NCBI GenBank assembly: GCA_965249485.1
Contig: OZ252239.1
Span: forward strand, 2,528,001 to 2,592,000
Length of the DNA: 64,000 bases
Direction: 5' to 3'
Source of the DNA: a bacterium
GTDB taxonomy: Bacteria; SM23-31
A program made the position numbers and the translations under genes. Positions 9,636-20,547 of this stretch are shown here, one piece after another. Numbering within the stretch: position 1 is the first letter of the stretch; each line of letters opens with the position of its first letter. Below the pieces are notes generated by a model, which had not been told where the DNA came from, did no database searches, and was given only the letters and a program-made list of their open reading frames with translations.

Positions 9636-10916
9636 ATGAGTGTGCGGTTACCAGCCATCAAACATACTTCTCTTTCGTTAACTTCAAAAGTCATATTTAA
9701 ACCGGTAACAGCCCTGCAATCATTAAAAGCAGGAGATATCATTGCAGGTAAAATTGTCGATTTATTTTCCCAAAATGCATATGTTGTGCGTCTCGGCGGG
9801 CAAGAGGTCGTTGTGCAATCGCACATCGCATTGACACCAAAACAAGAGTACTCCTTACAGGTTCTTTCAACGGCGCCCGAGCTTTTGTTAAAGGTGAAGG
9901 ATTCACTTCATGAGCTTTCGCACAAACAGCAAGTCTCTCAAATTCTCAAAGCGTTTCATCTCCCTGCTAGTGCTTTAACGCGGCAAATTGTGACACAAAT
10001 GCTTAGTCTTGGTATTCCTATATCAAATAATAACATAATTGTCTCTTCTGAGATTATAAAACAGATGTTCAAAAGAAAGGGAAGCGGTAAGATTAGTGAT
10101 TCAGAAATACGCGCAATAGTAATATTAAAGCGCTATAATATTTCTCTCTCTGGTGCTTCCATTGCAATAGCTAGAAAGCTATTTGAAAATGGATTTCCTT
10201 TGTTCAATGATAAAGAATTCAAAATCGAATGGAATGTGCTGAGCAAGTCTACAGTCGAATTACCTATCCTGCTACAAGAATTTGTTAATGCAAATACTTT
10301 GAGTGAAAAAGCAGTTACAACTGCGAAATTGTCTTCCGTCATAGATGTGCTCACCGCAAATGACGATGATGTTGGCTTATCTCAATTTGTAAGCACAATA
10401 GTGCAATCAAAAAATCTTATTGGAAATGGACTCTATTTTCATGTTTTTTTAGCAGCGATTAAGATACTCGGTGGATATCGGTTATCGCATATCGTATCAG
10501 AAGAAATCAAAAACATAGATTCACCATTTTACTTTCCACTCATGCTATGTTTAGATTCTCATAATATGAATGTAGAGTTTTTTTACCGTACTATGACATT
10601 TTATCCGGAGAATTTTGAGAAGACACCGGGTTTTCAGTTAAACATTTTAATTTATATTGAAAATTCATCACCACTTCATATTGTGGTTACAAAAAAAGCA
10701 CAGCAAATGATTTCTATTAAATTTCACCATCCTCATGAAAACAACATAAACTTGCTTGAACTCAACCAAGGACTACTAAAACAAATTCTTGTTCGGCATG
10801 GTTACTCAACAGTGAATATCTCATACCATATTACCGATACATCTGATCCTCTGTACAGGGCCGGTTTGTTTATGCACAAAATGACAATCACTAAATCAGT
10901 AAATATTACCGGTTAA
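9636..10916 (+). CDS. Hypothetical protein; architecture loosely reminiscent of FliK-like proteins
   Basis: 426 aa ORF with an N-terminal beta-rich module (GDIIAGKIV...LQVLSTAPELLLKV) and C-terminal LLKQILVRHGYSTVNI. No diagnostic motif. Confidence 0.45.
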   Translation: MSVRLPAIKHTSLSLTSKVIFKPVTALQSLKAGDIIAGKIVDLFSQNAYVVRLGGQEVVVQSHIALTPKQEYSLQVLSTAPELLLKVKDSLHELSHKQQVSQILKAFHLPASALTRQIVTQMLSLGIPISNNNIIVSSEIIKQMFKRKGSGKISDSEIRAIVILKRYNISLSGASIAIARKLFENGFPLFNDKEFKIEWNVLSKSTVELPILLQEFVNANTLSEKAVTTAKLSSVIDVLTANDDDVGLSQFVSTIVQSKNLIGNGLYFHVFLAAIKILGGYRLSHIVSEEIKNIDSPFYFPLMLCLDSHNMNVEFFYRTMTFYPENFEKTPGFQLNILIYIENSSPLHIVVTKKAQQMISIKFHHPHENNINLLELNQGLLKQILVRHGYSTVNISYHITDTSDPLYRAGLFMHKMTITKSVNITG

Positions 10917-11010
10917 TATTCGCTGTACTGAAAAAATAACTCTTTCAACTTCCGTGTTTATCTAATCTATTTTCAAAGACTTACATGTGCTGTATCTTAT
11001 TCAATACTGC

Positions 11011-11039
11011 TTGACATTTGAATATAATTCGCGTAATTT
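11011..11039 (+). promoter_or_regulatory. Putative sigma70 promoter of uppS
   Basis: TTGACA-N17-TAATTT. Confidence 0.5.
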
Positions 11040-11101
11040 TATAAGTTTACTTTTAATATGACATGGTGCAGAAAAGATACACTTAAGTTGCAGTAAGAAA
11101 A

Positions 11102-11857
11102 ATGGAAGAGAACAGAATTGGAAATGTGATCCGGAATAAGAATGTTCCAAAGCATGTTGCTATAATAATGGATGGGAATGGACGCTGGGCCAAGCAACGG
11201 AAGCTGCCTCGTGTTGCTGGTCATAATGAGGGTATCAATTCTGTAAGAGAAATTGTAAAAGTGTCCACGAAGCTTGGAATAAAAGTTTTGACCTTATATA
11301 CTTTTTCATCAGAAAACTGGAAACGCCCAAAGACTGAAGTTACTGCATTGATGCATTTATTAGTAACAACGATCAGGAAGGAAGTGCAAGAGCTTCTGGA
11401 ACAAAATGTACAAATCAGAACAATAGGAAGATTAGAGGATTTGCCGAAATTGCCTCGAAAAGAAATACAAGAGGCAATAAAAAAAACAGCAGATAATACG
11501 GGGTTGATATTGAATCTGGCACTTAGTTACTCAAGCAGAAATGAAATATTATACGCAGTGAAATGTATAATAGACAGAGTACAATCAGGTGACTTAGATG
11601 GAACTGATTTAACTGAAGAAATGTTTTCGGAGTTTTTGTATACACAAGGACTGCGGGACCCTGATTTGCTTATAAGGACAAGCGGAGAATCTCGTATAAG
11701 TAACTTTCTGTTATGGCAACTTGCATATACGGAGTTGTTTATTACAAACATTTTGTGGCCCGATTTTAGGGAAAAAGAATTTTTGGATGCTGTGGAAAAT
11801 TACCAGACACGAGAAAGACGATTTGGTCTTGTCAGTGAACAGCTTTCAGGTAAATGA
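11102..11857 (+). CDS. uppS: Undecaprenyl diphosphate synthase (cis-prenyltransferase)
   Basis: HVAIIMDGNGRWA, FSSENWKRP, PDLLIRTSGESRISNFLLWQ. Confidence 0.97.
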   Translation: MEENRIGNVIRNKNVPKHVAIIMDGNGRWAKQRKLPRVAGHNEGINSVREIVKVSTKLGIKVLTLYTFSSENWKRPKTEVTALMHLLVTTIRKEVQELLEQNVQIRTIGRLEDLPKLPRKEIQEAIKKTADNTGLILNLALSYSSRNEILYAVKCIIDRVQSGDLDGTDLTEEMFSEFLYTQGLRDPDLLIRTSGESRISNFLLWQLAYTELFITNILWPDFREKEFLDAVENYQTRERRFGLVSEQLSGK

Positions 11858-11979
11858 TCAAGAACTAATTAGAATAATAATTAAATATTCATAAATTGCT
11901 GAAAATATAGAAGTTTGGAACCTCCTATTATCTTATTCGTTAAAAGATTAGAAAATTATTGGATTAGATTAATTAGTTT

Positions 11980-14900
11980 ATGTTAAAACGTGCATTAAAA
12001 TTAAGAAATCTCTCAATTCTTCTAGGGTCTCTTTTTCTGCTCGGAAGTGTGGGTGTTTATATCGGTTGGGACTTATTCCGGGCAAGTGAACGCATAAAAT
12101 TGCTTATTCAGGAAGAGGCAGGGGAACAGCTCAAAGAAACTATCAATATTGAACAAGCGAGGATTGGCTTCGGATATGTTGCTCTTGACAATCTGGAATT
12201 TGGATTGAATGAAGGTGTGGATTCTGTTGCGATTTCTGAATTACAGATTGGCTGGAGCAATATTGAGTATTTGAAATCGTGGTTTGAACCGCAGAAAGGT
12301 ATTACTGAAGTTCGCATAGTGCAACCTGAATTTTTTATCGGACCACTGTCATCTTCAGATGGAGACAATATTAATGAAAACGATTTATACATCAGACGTG
12401 ACCAGATAGTCAAAAAAATTCACGAAACCACCCGTCAGATCATTAACAGCTTTCAAAATGTTTCACGCGTAGCAATTAATGATGCGGTCGTTTATTATCG
12501 AGATGCCTCGGAAAATATTCAGCGTGTTGCCTACGAAATTAATGGCCAGTTGACTTTAGATGAACAATCGTCTGCAGAATTAAGTGTTACTGGTCGACTC
12601 TTTAGTGCCCAGGATGACAATGTAACGATAGATACGTATGTTGATATCAGAAAATTTGATTTTATTGCAGACGTTGAGATCTCCAATTTTGATCTTCCAC
12701 TTGGTTTGCCTGACTGGATGCTTGATACAATCCAATTTAATAAAGGTGAAGTGAGTTTGCAGCTTCATGTAGTTAAGGATTCGCAATCAGAGAATCAATC
12801 CGATTATTTGGTAGATGGCATCATCGATGTGTCTGGTGCAGATTATGTGCTCGTAAACTCTAATATCCCGATTTATAATGCACGTGCAACTGCCCATATT
12901 GACCAAGGCGTTTTGAACATTATGTCCTGGAATCAAGATTTAGCGGATGGAAAAGTTGAAATCACCGGCAATGTCCGCAGTTTTATTGATCCAGAAGTGA
13001 ATGTGAATGTTCTAGTGTATAATGCTGATATAGATGAAATACAAAGCCGTCTCTTCAACGAAAAACAATATGAATTCACCGGATTATTGTCCGGAAATTT
13101 TGATGTGGCAGGGCGGATGCATGATAATCTAGAAATTTCCGGTTATGTACAGTCAGATTCCCTTGTTCATGAGTCATGGGCGCTGTATGACATAAACTCC
13201 TTGATTTCAATGAGATATCCTGATGTTTCGATAGAGTCATTTGATGCCACGTATAAGAAAACCAGCATATCGTTTGCCGGTTACCATAACTTTACTGACC
13301 CTGAGCAGACCAGTCTCTCGGGACAAATCCGTGGTGATTTGATGTCATGGTTTAAAAGTTTACCACTTCTCGAAGAAAATAAATATTTTGGTGAGGCTGA
13401 CTTTACATTTCAAGGTCCTTTTGAATCCTATACTGGTGAGGGTGCAATATCTCTATCCAGCGCGAACGAAACCAGCACGAAAACAATTGGAGGAACATTT
13501 CTTCTTTCAAATGAGGATATCCTTATTCAGGGGAAGTCTGCCGATCAGGATTTTGATTTCAATGGTTGGTTGTCGCTTGATTTGACTGATTTTCAATTAG
13601 AGTTATCAAATGCTTTGCCAGTTCTACAGCATGAGCTTAGTCTGGATGATGATTATTTTGATGATATCGCCGTTGAGCTTAACATATTGATAAATGGCAA
13701 GAATTCAAATACTGAAATACATGCTGTTGCTTTAACCAATCTATCTGATACTCTTTTCACATATTATGGTGATTATAATAATCAGAGTAATGATGTTGCT
13801 CTTTTGGAAAGCGAATTCAACATTTCTTTGCCTGGTGAAAATTCATTATTCGTCACCGGAGAATTGTCTAAAGATGGACCTAATTATCTGCTTAGTAACA
13901 TTCAGAGTCCCGGTCTATTTTACGGATCTGGTGAAATTATAGAAAATGGACACCTTTCAGTTCGAGGCGATATCCGAATACTTTCATCCATTGATTATTT
14001 AAATGAATATTTTGGTCATCCAGTACTTGAAAATGGGATAGTAGAAGGCAATGTCACTGTACGGGGAACCGTAAGTGAACCGGATTTAAAGGGCGCTCTT
14101 ACTCTTTCTGGTGGTGTCAAGGATTCATTAGGCAACATATATGGTCAGATAGATATTGCTTCTTCTGATTGGTCTGAACTAAAATTTACCAATATATCGG
14201 TAAAGAATGATGGTACTGAAATTCTTTATGGCGATGGTTATTTCGATTTTATTAACAATGAAAAGGAGTTAAGCCTTCATGGGAGTGGCGTGTCATCGCA
14301 TATTTATAACTCACTTTTCGCTTGGAATCCAAAGATATTACAGGGAGATGTTACCTTTAATCTGAACTATTCTAATGATGGCAATCACAATTTGATTTTA
14401 GGTTCAATCGATGTTCCTGTTGGGAAATTGGATAGATTTGATTTTTACGGTTTGCACATTGACCTTGCTTCACCGCTTGATATGCTCGAAGATACAAGGG
14501 AAGTGATTGAGGAAAATAGTCAATTGCCTGTCGGAGCATGGATTCGAAATATGAACGTGTCCATGCTTGATAGCGTCGCAATTAAAGGGTCAGGGTTTTT
14601 GTCATTTACAGATGATAGTGAATCAGATTTCATGCTTTCAATGAATGGTAATTTTCTATCGGTATTTCCTGCTATGGATAAATTTTTCCTCAGTTCCGAA
14701 GGCGTCGGTGCGGCAGATATGAATATAACAGGGAGCATTATTAATCCAACGATAGGGTATGGAAACTTGACAATTATGAATGGCAGTCTTGCCATGGAAT
14801 CAGTTGTTGAGGAAGTTGAAGAAATTAATCTTGTGGCTGAGTTACAGCCTGGCAGCAGTTATATTGAATTTAAAACTTTTGAGGGAATGCTCAACGGAAA

Positions 14901-16368
14901 ATCTGCATCAATTGCCAATTCGCCGGTTGTAATCAATGAGACAGATTCTACCATTGTTGATCTTAATCCTTATGAACTTATGGAAGATGGGCTTAATTGG
15001 GGTATATTCACACTTGAAACCGATGAAAACGGCGTTGATATCAACATTCCTGATTTGATGTACGACAACGAAACCGCTCTTATGCGGCTTGTTGGACTGA
15101 ATGATGATGAAAAGTTTTATTTTTCAGGGGGAACCAGTACTATCGACAATCCTTATGTGCAAGGGAAATTGATTCTCAGAGATGGCCGAGTCACCTATCC
15201 GCCATTATTAATCAACGAAAACCCGGGTGTTGTCAAACGATTTTTGAGTTCAATATTTTGGAATGTTCAATTAGTACCAGAAAGTAACAATTTCTATGTT
15301 TTGAAAGAGCCGGTCAGTGTTTTTCAAACACTAAGTGATCTTGGGGGAGATGTTAATGTGGCTTTAAAAATGGAGGACGATAATGAGGGACTCTATTTTC
15401 TTGGAGTTGTTTCAGAAGATATTGATATTCCCTTTGTTGTTTCCGGCAATCTGGTGTCATTTCGAGGTGAAATTGAAACATTACTGATAGATTTTAATGT
15501 TGAAGCATTTGAATTGTATTTTAATCAGGTAGTTCCATATATAAAGGGTAGGGCAAAAACTGCTATTCGAGATAGAAATATCAACAGTATCACCTATGAC
15601 AAATATGTTGATGTTTATTTGATCCTTGTATCGGAAGAACTGGACTCAGATGGTGACAAAACAGGAAGATTACTCGATTACGGCACCTGGGACGATGATG
15701 GTGAGCCGCTATACCGGTATCAACTTTCACTTGATCAGAGTATTGATCAGGCTTTAGGTAGATTTTCCGTTCCTACTTCCTCTGCGAATATCAACAAAGC
15801 CATTCCGGATATTAATCCAAATATTTCAACTGAAAACAGAATACTTGAATTAATGGGGATTACTCCTGATACTATAGAAGAAACTGCAACACGTCTTGCT
15901 GTTGACCGTATGGGCGAGGTTATGATGAGTCCAATATTAAATCCTTTTAACAGAACACTGAAACGATGGATGAATCTTGATGAATTCCGTGTGAAAACCT
16001 ATTTCAGAAGAAGTTATGATGATATTGGGTTTGGGACCAGTATTCCAGTTCAGAGTTCGAAGGAGTTAACTCTCACAGAAAGCCCGTTTAGTCCACGATA
16101 TCTCTATTTAAGCCCTGAATTACGGGTAGGTAAATATATTTCACCCTCGGTTTATCTGTTATACGAGGGGCAGTATGTGCGGACAATAAACAATGATAAT
16201 CAGGACATTATGGGCCTCAATCATGTTTTTGGTATTCAGTATAGAATGCCGAGCAGTATCATATTCGAGTTTCAATACGATTATGACTTTTTCAGATTTC
16301 AAGACCAAGGCGATGCAAAACTGTGGTTCAGGCACCAAATTCAATTAACAGATGACGAAAAATATTAA
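11980..16368 (+). CDS. TamB/AsmA-like envelope protein
   Basis: 1462 aa; N-terminal TM anchor; long amphipathic beta-strand repeats (GTVSEPDLKG, ITGSIINP); C-terminal RVGKYISPSVYLLY resembling DUF490; directly upstream of bamA. Confidence 0.7.
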   Translation: MLKRALKLRNLSILLGSLFLLGSVGVYIGWDLFRASERIKLLIQEEAGEQLKETINIEQARIGFGYVALDNLEFGLNEGVDSVAISELQIGWSNIEYLKSWFEPQKGITEVRIVQPEFFIGPLSSSDGDNINENDLYIRRDQIVKKIHETTRQIINSFQNVSRVAINDAVVYYRDASENIQRVAYEINGQLTLDEQSSAELSVTGRLFSAQDDNVTIDTYVDIRKFDFIADVEISNFDLPLGLPDWMLDTIQFNKGEVSLQLHVVKDSQSENQSDYLVDGIIDVSGADYVLVNSNIPIYNARATAHIDQGVLNIMSWNQDLADGKVEITGNVRSFIDPEVNVNVLVYNADIDEIQSRLFNEKQYEFTGLLSGNFDVAGRMHDNLEISGYVQSDSLVHESWALYDINSLISMRYPDVSIESFDATYKKTSISFAGYHNFTDPEQTSLSGQIRGDLMSWFKSLPLLEENKYFGEADFTFQGPFESYTGEGAISLSSANETSTKTIGGTFLLSNEDILIQGKSADQDFDFNGWLSLDLTDFQLELSNALPVLQHELSLDDDYFDDIAVELNILINGKNSNTEIHAVALTNLSDTLFTYYGDYNNQSNDVALLESEFNISLPGENSLFVTGELSKDGPNYLLSNIQSPGLFYGSGEIIENGHLSVRGDIRILSSIDYLNEYFGHPVLENGIVEGNVTVRGTVSEPDLKGALTLSGGVKDSLGNIYGQIDIASSDWSELKFTNISVKNDGTEILYGDGYFDFINNEKELSLHGSGVSSHIYNSLFAWNPKILQGDVTFNLNYSNDGNHNLILGSIDVPVGKLDRFDFYGLHIDLASPLDMLEDTREVIEENSQLPVGAWIRNMNVSMLDSVAIKGSGFLSFTDDSESDFMLSMNGNFLSVFPAMDKFFLSSEGVGAADMNITGSIINPTIGYGNLTIMNGSLAMESVVEEVEEINLVAELQPGSSYIEFKTFEGMLNGKSASIANSPVVINETDSTIVDLNPYELMEDGLNWGIFTLETDENGVDINIPDLMYDNETALMRLVGLNDDEKFYFSGGTSTIDNPYVQGKLILRDGRVTYPPLLINENPGVVKRFLSSIFWNVQLVPESNNFYVLKEPVSVFQTLSDLGGDVNVALKMEDDNEGLYFLGVVSEDIDIPFVVSGNLVSFRGEIETLLIDFNVEAFELYFNQVVPYIKGRAKTAIRDRNINSITYDKYVDVYLILVSEELDSDGDKTGRLLDYGTWDDDGEPLYRYQLSLDQSIDQALGRFSVPTSSANINKAIPDINPNISTENRILELMGITPDTIEETATRLAVDRMGEVMMSPILNPFNRTLKRWMNLDEFRVKTYFRRSYDDIGFGTSIPVQSSKELTLTESPFSPRYLYLSPELRVGKYISPSVYLLYEGQYVRTINNDNQDIMGLNHVFGIQYRMPSSIIFEFQYDYDFFRFQDQGDAKLWFRHQIQLTDDEKY

Positions 16369-16409
16369 TGCATTGGCGAACTTCTTTGTAATTTCATGGT
16401 ATAAACGTT

Positions 16410-18767
16410 ATGTTTCAATCTTTAGCAGAAAAAGGTATAATGCGATTTTTAACGACACTCTTATTAGTAGTATTGGTATATTCAAGTCTCAATGCTCAAA
16501 ATACTAATGGCAGCCGTGATCCAAAGATTCTCGGCAGTATTGAGATTGAGGGAAACGGAACTATTTCCGACGATCTTATAAAACTCTATTCTGAGTTAAT
16601 GCCCCTCCCCAAAGAGGTTTTTGCCGAAGACTTTTCAAATGCAGTAAGCAAATTGTGGAATCTGCAATCGTTTAGCGATGTGCAAATATATGCACTCAAT
16701 CCTGCTGACAGAGTTGTGGATATTATGATCAAAGTTGAGGAATACCCCTCATTAAACCAAATACATATAGTCGGCAATAAAAAAGTCAAAGAGGGTGATA
16801 TAAAAAATCTCATCGGTCTCTATGCCGGACAGAAAATCAGTCCATCTCATGTCAGTTCTGCAATTGATAAAATCAAAAATTTATATATCGAAAAAGGTTA
16901 TTTGCTTGCTACCATAGATGCCGGATCAGCGGTAAATGAAGAGACTAATAAGGTTGATGTGGTATATACAATCAATGAAGGTGAAAAAGTTAAAATTGAA
17001 CATATCAATTTTTCTGGAAATGAAAATTTTAATGATAAAACATTGAGAAAGCAGCTTAGTGATACAAAAGAAAATGGGCTTTTTCGTGGTGGAGATTTCG
17101 ATCGCGCTAAATATGAGGATGATAAAAAAAAGCTGGTTGGGTATTATAAAAAAGAAGGCTTTCGGGATGCGGTTGTTGTCTCTGACTCAATTTATTACAG
17201 TGATGACAATAAAGATATGAATCTTATCATTGAAATGGAAGAAGGAACCAAATATTATTTTCGTAATATTGAAATTATTGGAAATGAAAAATATGATAGC
17301 GATCGTATTACCTCTGTGGTTGGAATAGAAAAGGGTGAAGGCTATAATTATGAAAAACTCTTAAAAAGCCGGGGTCAAGTCGAGCAACTGTATTACAATA
17401 ATGGCCATCTTTTCAGTAGAATAAATATTCCTGAACGGCCTGTAGGAAAAGATTCGGTTGATGTTCAAATTGCCATATATGAGGGAGGACCTGTAAAAGT
17501 CAATAGAATTATCATTACCGGAAATACGAAAACCAATGACAAGGTGATACGCCGCGAACTAAAAATAAAACCAGGATATATTTTTAATTATGCTTTGATT
17601 GAAAGAAGCCATAGAGACGTCTCAATTCTGAATTATTTCAGTTTTATAAACATGAAAGTTGATCCAAAAGACGAAGAAAATGTGGACTTGAGATGGATAG
17701 TTACGGAACGTTCAACTGACAGTTTTAATATGTCGATTGGTCTCAGTCAGCGGGACGGTCTGCTGGGTGGACTGGGTCTATCAATGAACAATTTCGTTGG
17801 AAACGGACAGCAGTTGTCACTGAACTGGCAATTCGGGAAAATTTTCAGAACGTTTCAAATTGGATTTACAGAACCGTGGTTATTTGACACTCAGACTCTT
17901 GCAGGATTTTCAATTTTTGATATCCGGCGTGGAGGTAGATTCTATGGATTTAATCAACAAAGTACCGGGGCATCTGTACAAATTGGTAGAAGACTCCGCT
18001 GGCCGGACGATTTTTTCAGAGGCACATGGGTCTATGAATATTCTCAGAATTCGATTTCGAATGTTGACGATGATGATGACCTCCAAAGATTTCTTATCAA
18101 CAGACTTAATACGACCAGATCAAGTGTAATGCAAGTAATCAGTCGGGACAGTAGAATCAACCTCAAATATCCGGCGCTTTCAGCAAGTTTTCCGTCGAGT
18201 GGATCAACAGTAAGACTTTCTTCAAAATTCAGTGGCGGTGTTTTAGGAGGCACTGAAAATTTTATAAAATATGAGCTAAACTCTGATTGGTATGCACCTG
18301 CATTCTGGGATTTGGTATTGTACAACAATGTTCATCTTGGATTAATCGATGTTTATGGTGAAGAAAGTAACATTTCTCTTCAAGAGCTGTTTTTTATGGG
18401 CGGAAGTGCTATGGCACTGGGCACGTCTCTTCGTGGTTATGATGAAAGGTCAGTAGGACCATTAAGTTCTTCAGGAAATCCGCTTGGTGGCAAAACTATG
18501 ATGAAATTAACGACCGAAATTAGAAAGAATGTGTTACCTAATCCTTTAGTGATCGGTGTGCTTTTTGCCGAAGCCGGAAATAACTGGTTTGATATAGATT
18601 TTGTTGATCCGTTTGATTTAAAACGGAGCGCCGGGTTCGGTTTTAGAATTGCTGTACCAATGATGGGAATGGTAGGATTTGATTTAGGTTATGGATTTGA
18701 CAATCTGGATGTGAACGGCAATTCCAAAGGCTGGAAAACGCAGTTCAGATTTGGTCAGGGATTTTAA
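16410..18767 (+). CDS. bamA: Outer membrane protein assembly factor
   Basis: POTRA repeats (IxIxGNxK...), FTEPWLFD, LRGYDE, terminal FRFGQGF. Confidence 0.95.
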   Translation: MFQSLAEKGIMRFLTTLLLVVLVYSSLNAQNTNGSRDPKILGSIEIEGNGTISDDLIKLYSELMPLPKEVFAEDFSNAVSKLWNLQSFSDVQIYALNPADRVVDIMIKVEEYPSLNQIHIVGNKKVKEGDIKNLIGLYAGQKISPSHVSSAIDKIKNLYIEKGYLLATIDAGSAVNEETNKVDVVYTINEGEKVKIEHINFSGNENFNDKTLRKQLSDTKENGLFRGGDFDRAKYEDDKKKLVGYYKKEGFRDAVVVSDSIYYSDDNKDMNLIIEMEEGTKYYFRNIEIIGNEKYDSDRITSVVGIEKGEGYNYEKLLKSRGQVEQLYYNNGHLFSRINIPERPVGKDSVDVQIAIYEGGPVKVNRIIITGNTKTNDKVIRRELKIKPGYIFNYALIERSHRDVSILNYFSFINMKVDPKDEENVDLRWIVTERSTDSFNMSIGLSQRDGLLGGLGLSMNNFVGNGQQLSLNWQFGKIFRTFQIGFTEPWLFDTQTLAGFSIFDIRRGGRFYGFNQQSTGASVQIGRRLRWPDDFFRGTWVYEYSQNSISNVDDDDDLQRFLINRLNTTRSSVMQVISRDSRINLKYPALSASFPSSGSTVRLSSKFSGGVLGGTENFIKYELNSDWYAPAFWDLVLYNNVHLGLIDVYGEESNISLQELFFMGGSAMALGTSLRGYDERSVGPLSSSGNPLGGKTMMKLTTEIRKNVLPNPLVIGVLFAEAGNNWFDIDFVDPFDLKRSAGFGFRIAVPMMGMVGFDLGYGFDNLDVNGNSKGWKTQFRFGQGF

Positions 18768-18807
18768 AAATAAAAATGTAATAATATATTAAATTAAGGA
18801 GGAAGTT

Positions 18808-19347
18808 GTGAAGAAGTTTCCAATGTATTTTTTTATGACATCTGCCTGGTTTGTGATGATGTATGGTCTCTTCTCCGGCATGGCATATAAGGCCGATTTG
18901 AAAATTGGGTATGTCCATTCAACAAAAATCTTTGCTGAACACTCGGAGGCTATTGAGGCACAGAAGAAAATTGAAGCCGAACAACAGCAGGTTCAACAGC
19001 AATATCAGCTAAAACAGGAAGATTTTCAGAAAAAAGTAAAGCAATTTGAAAATCAGAGCCTTATGCTAAGTGATGCAAAAAAAGCTGAAATTCAGAAAGA
19101 ATTACAGGATTTGCAGGTTGAGATTTATAATTTTGAACAGGAAAACTTTGGTCAGGGTGGAGCATTGGAGACTCGTTGGCAGGATATGATGAAGCCGGTT
19201 GTTGATAAAGTGCAGGTCGCCATTGACAAAATTGGAACGGAACAGGGCTATGATATCATTTTTGATACAAAGAGTGGTCTTCTTCTTTATGCGAATGATG
19301 AGTTCGATATTACCGAAATTGTTGTAGAAGCATTAAATGCCAATTAA
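18808..19347 (+). CDS. skp: Skp/OmpH periplasmic chaperone
   Basis: KIGYV, Q/E/K-rich coiled coil, GYDIIFD...DITEIV; between bamA and lpxD. Confidence 0.9.
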   Translation: MKKFPMYFFMTSAWFVMMYGLFSGMAYKADLKIGYVHSTKIFAEHSEAIEAQKKIEAEQQQVQQQYQLKQEDFQKKVKQFENQSLMLSDAKKAEIQKELQDLQVEIYNFEQENFGQGGALETRWQDMMKPVVDKVQVAIDKIGTEQGYDIIFDTKSGLLLYANDEFDITEIVVEALNAN

Positions 19348-19373
19348 GCTCTATAGATTATAAATTTTTTAGT

Positions 19374-20387
19374 ATGCATAAAACGATTACAGAACTTGCT
19401 GAACAAGTTAACGGTACCGTCATTGGTGACGGTGCCGTTGTTATTTCAGGCATATCAAAAATCGAAGATAGCCATCCTGAAACAGTAACGTTCCTTGCAA
19501 ATCAGAAATACGAGAAATATCTTCATGATACTGAAGCTACGGCAGTTCTCGTGCCCCGGTCAATTTCCGAATCGAATACAAATCTCATTCAGGTTGATGA
19601 TCCTTATGGTTCATTCAGAGTGATTGCTTTGCTGTTTCATCCTATTCCGAAAGTTGAAAGACATTTTATACACCCAAGTGCAATTATCAATAAAAATGTT
19701 TCGATTACAGAACCTGTCAATATTGGCGCATTTGTCCATATTGATGAGAGCGCTGTTATTAAGAAAAACACATCGATCGGTTCCCATAGCTACATTGGAG
19801 TTAACGCAAAGATCGGAGAATCAGTATTTTTACATCCGAAAGTTAATGTATTGGAGAGATGTCTCATAGGCAATCGGGTGATTCTCCATGCCGGAGTTGT
19901 CATAGGCAGTGATGGATTTGGGTATTCGAAGGAAAATAACTGCTACTTGAAAATCCCTCAGACCGGTAATGTCGTTGTCGATGATGATGTTGAAATAGGC
20001 GCCAATACAACGATTGACCGTGCGACAATAGGGAGCACCTATATAGGTGTCGGGTGTAAAATTGACAACCTTGTTCAAATTGCTCACAACGTCATAATTG
20101 GTGATCATACAGCAATTGCCGCTCAAACCGGAATATCCGGAAGCACAAAAATCGGAAACCATGTAACGCTTGCAGGTCAAACTGGGATAGTTGGCCATAT
20201 CGAAATAGGAGACAATACTATTATAGGCGCCCAGTCAGGTGTTTCTAAATCAGTACCGCCGAATTCATTTTATTTTGGATACCCGGCACGAAACCATCGT
20301 GAAGCGAAGAAATTAGAAGTGTATATAAGAAGACTCCCTGAGTTGTTTGACCGATTGAAAGAACTTGAATCCAGATTCAAATCATAA
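19374..20387 (+). CDS. lpxD: UDP-3-O-acylglucosamine N-acyltransferase
   Basis: Hexapeptide repeats, IGSDGFGY, EIGANTTIDR, KIDNLVQIAHN. Confidence 0.97.
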   Translation: MHKTITELAEQVNGTVIGDGAVVISGISKIEDSHPETVTFLANQKYEKYLHDTEATAVLVPRSISESNTNLIQVDDPYGSFRVIALLFHPIPKVERHFIHPSAIINKNVSITEPVNIGAFVHIDESAVIKKNTSIGSHSYIGVNAKIGESVFLHPKVNVLERCLIGNRVILHAGVVIGSDGFGYSKENNCYLKIPQTGNVVVDDDVEIGANTTIDRATIGSTYIGVGCKIDNLVQIAHNVIIGDHTAIAAQTGISGSTKIGNHVTLAGQTGIVGHIEIGDNTIIGAQSGVSKSVPPNSFYFGYPARNHREAKKLEVYIRRLPELFDRLKELESRFKS

Positions 20388-20547
20388 TATTTCTTAGATT
20401 TTATATTGCCATTTCTTCAATTACCCTCTTAGTAAGCTTCCTATATTTCCCTTGCAAAATATAAAAAATTGCAGTAACTTTTAAACTTGTTTTAGAAGAA
20501 TATTGTACCATATTTACACCCTTTCATACTATGAATAGCGGACTAAT

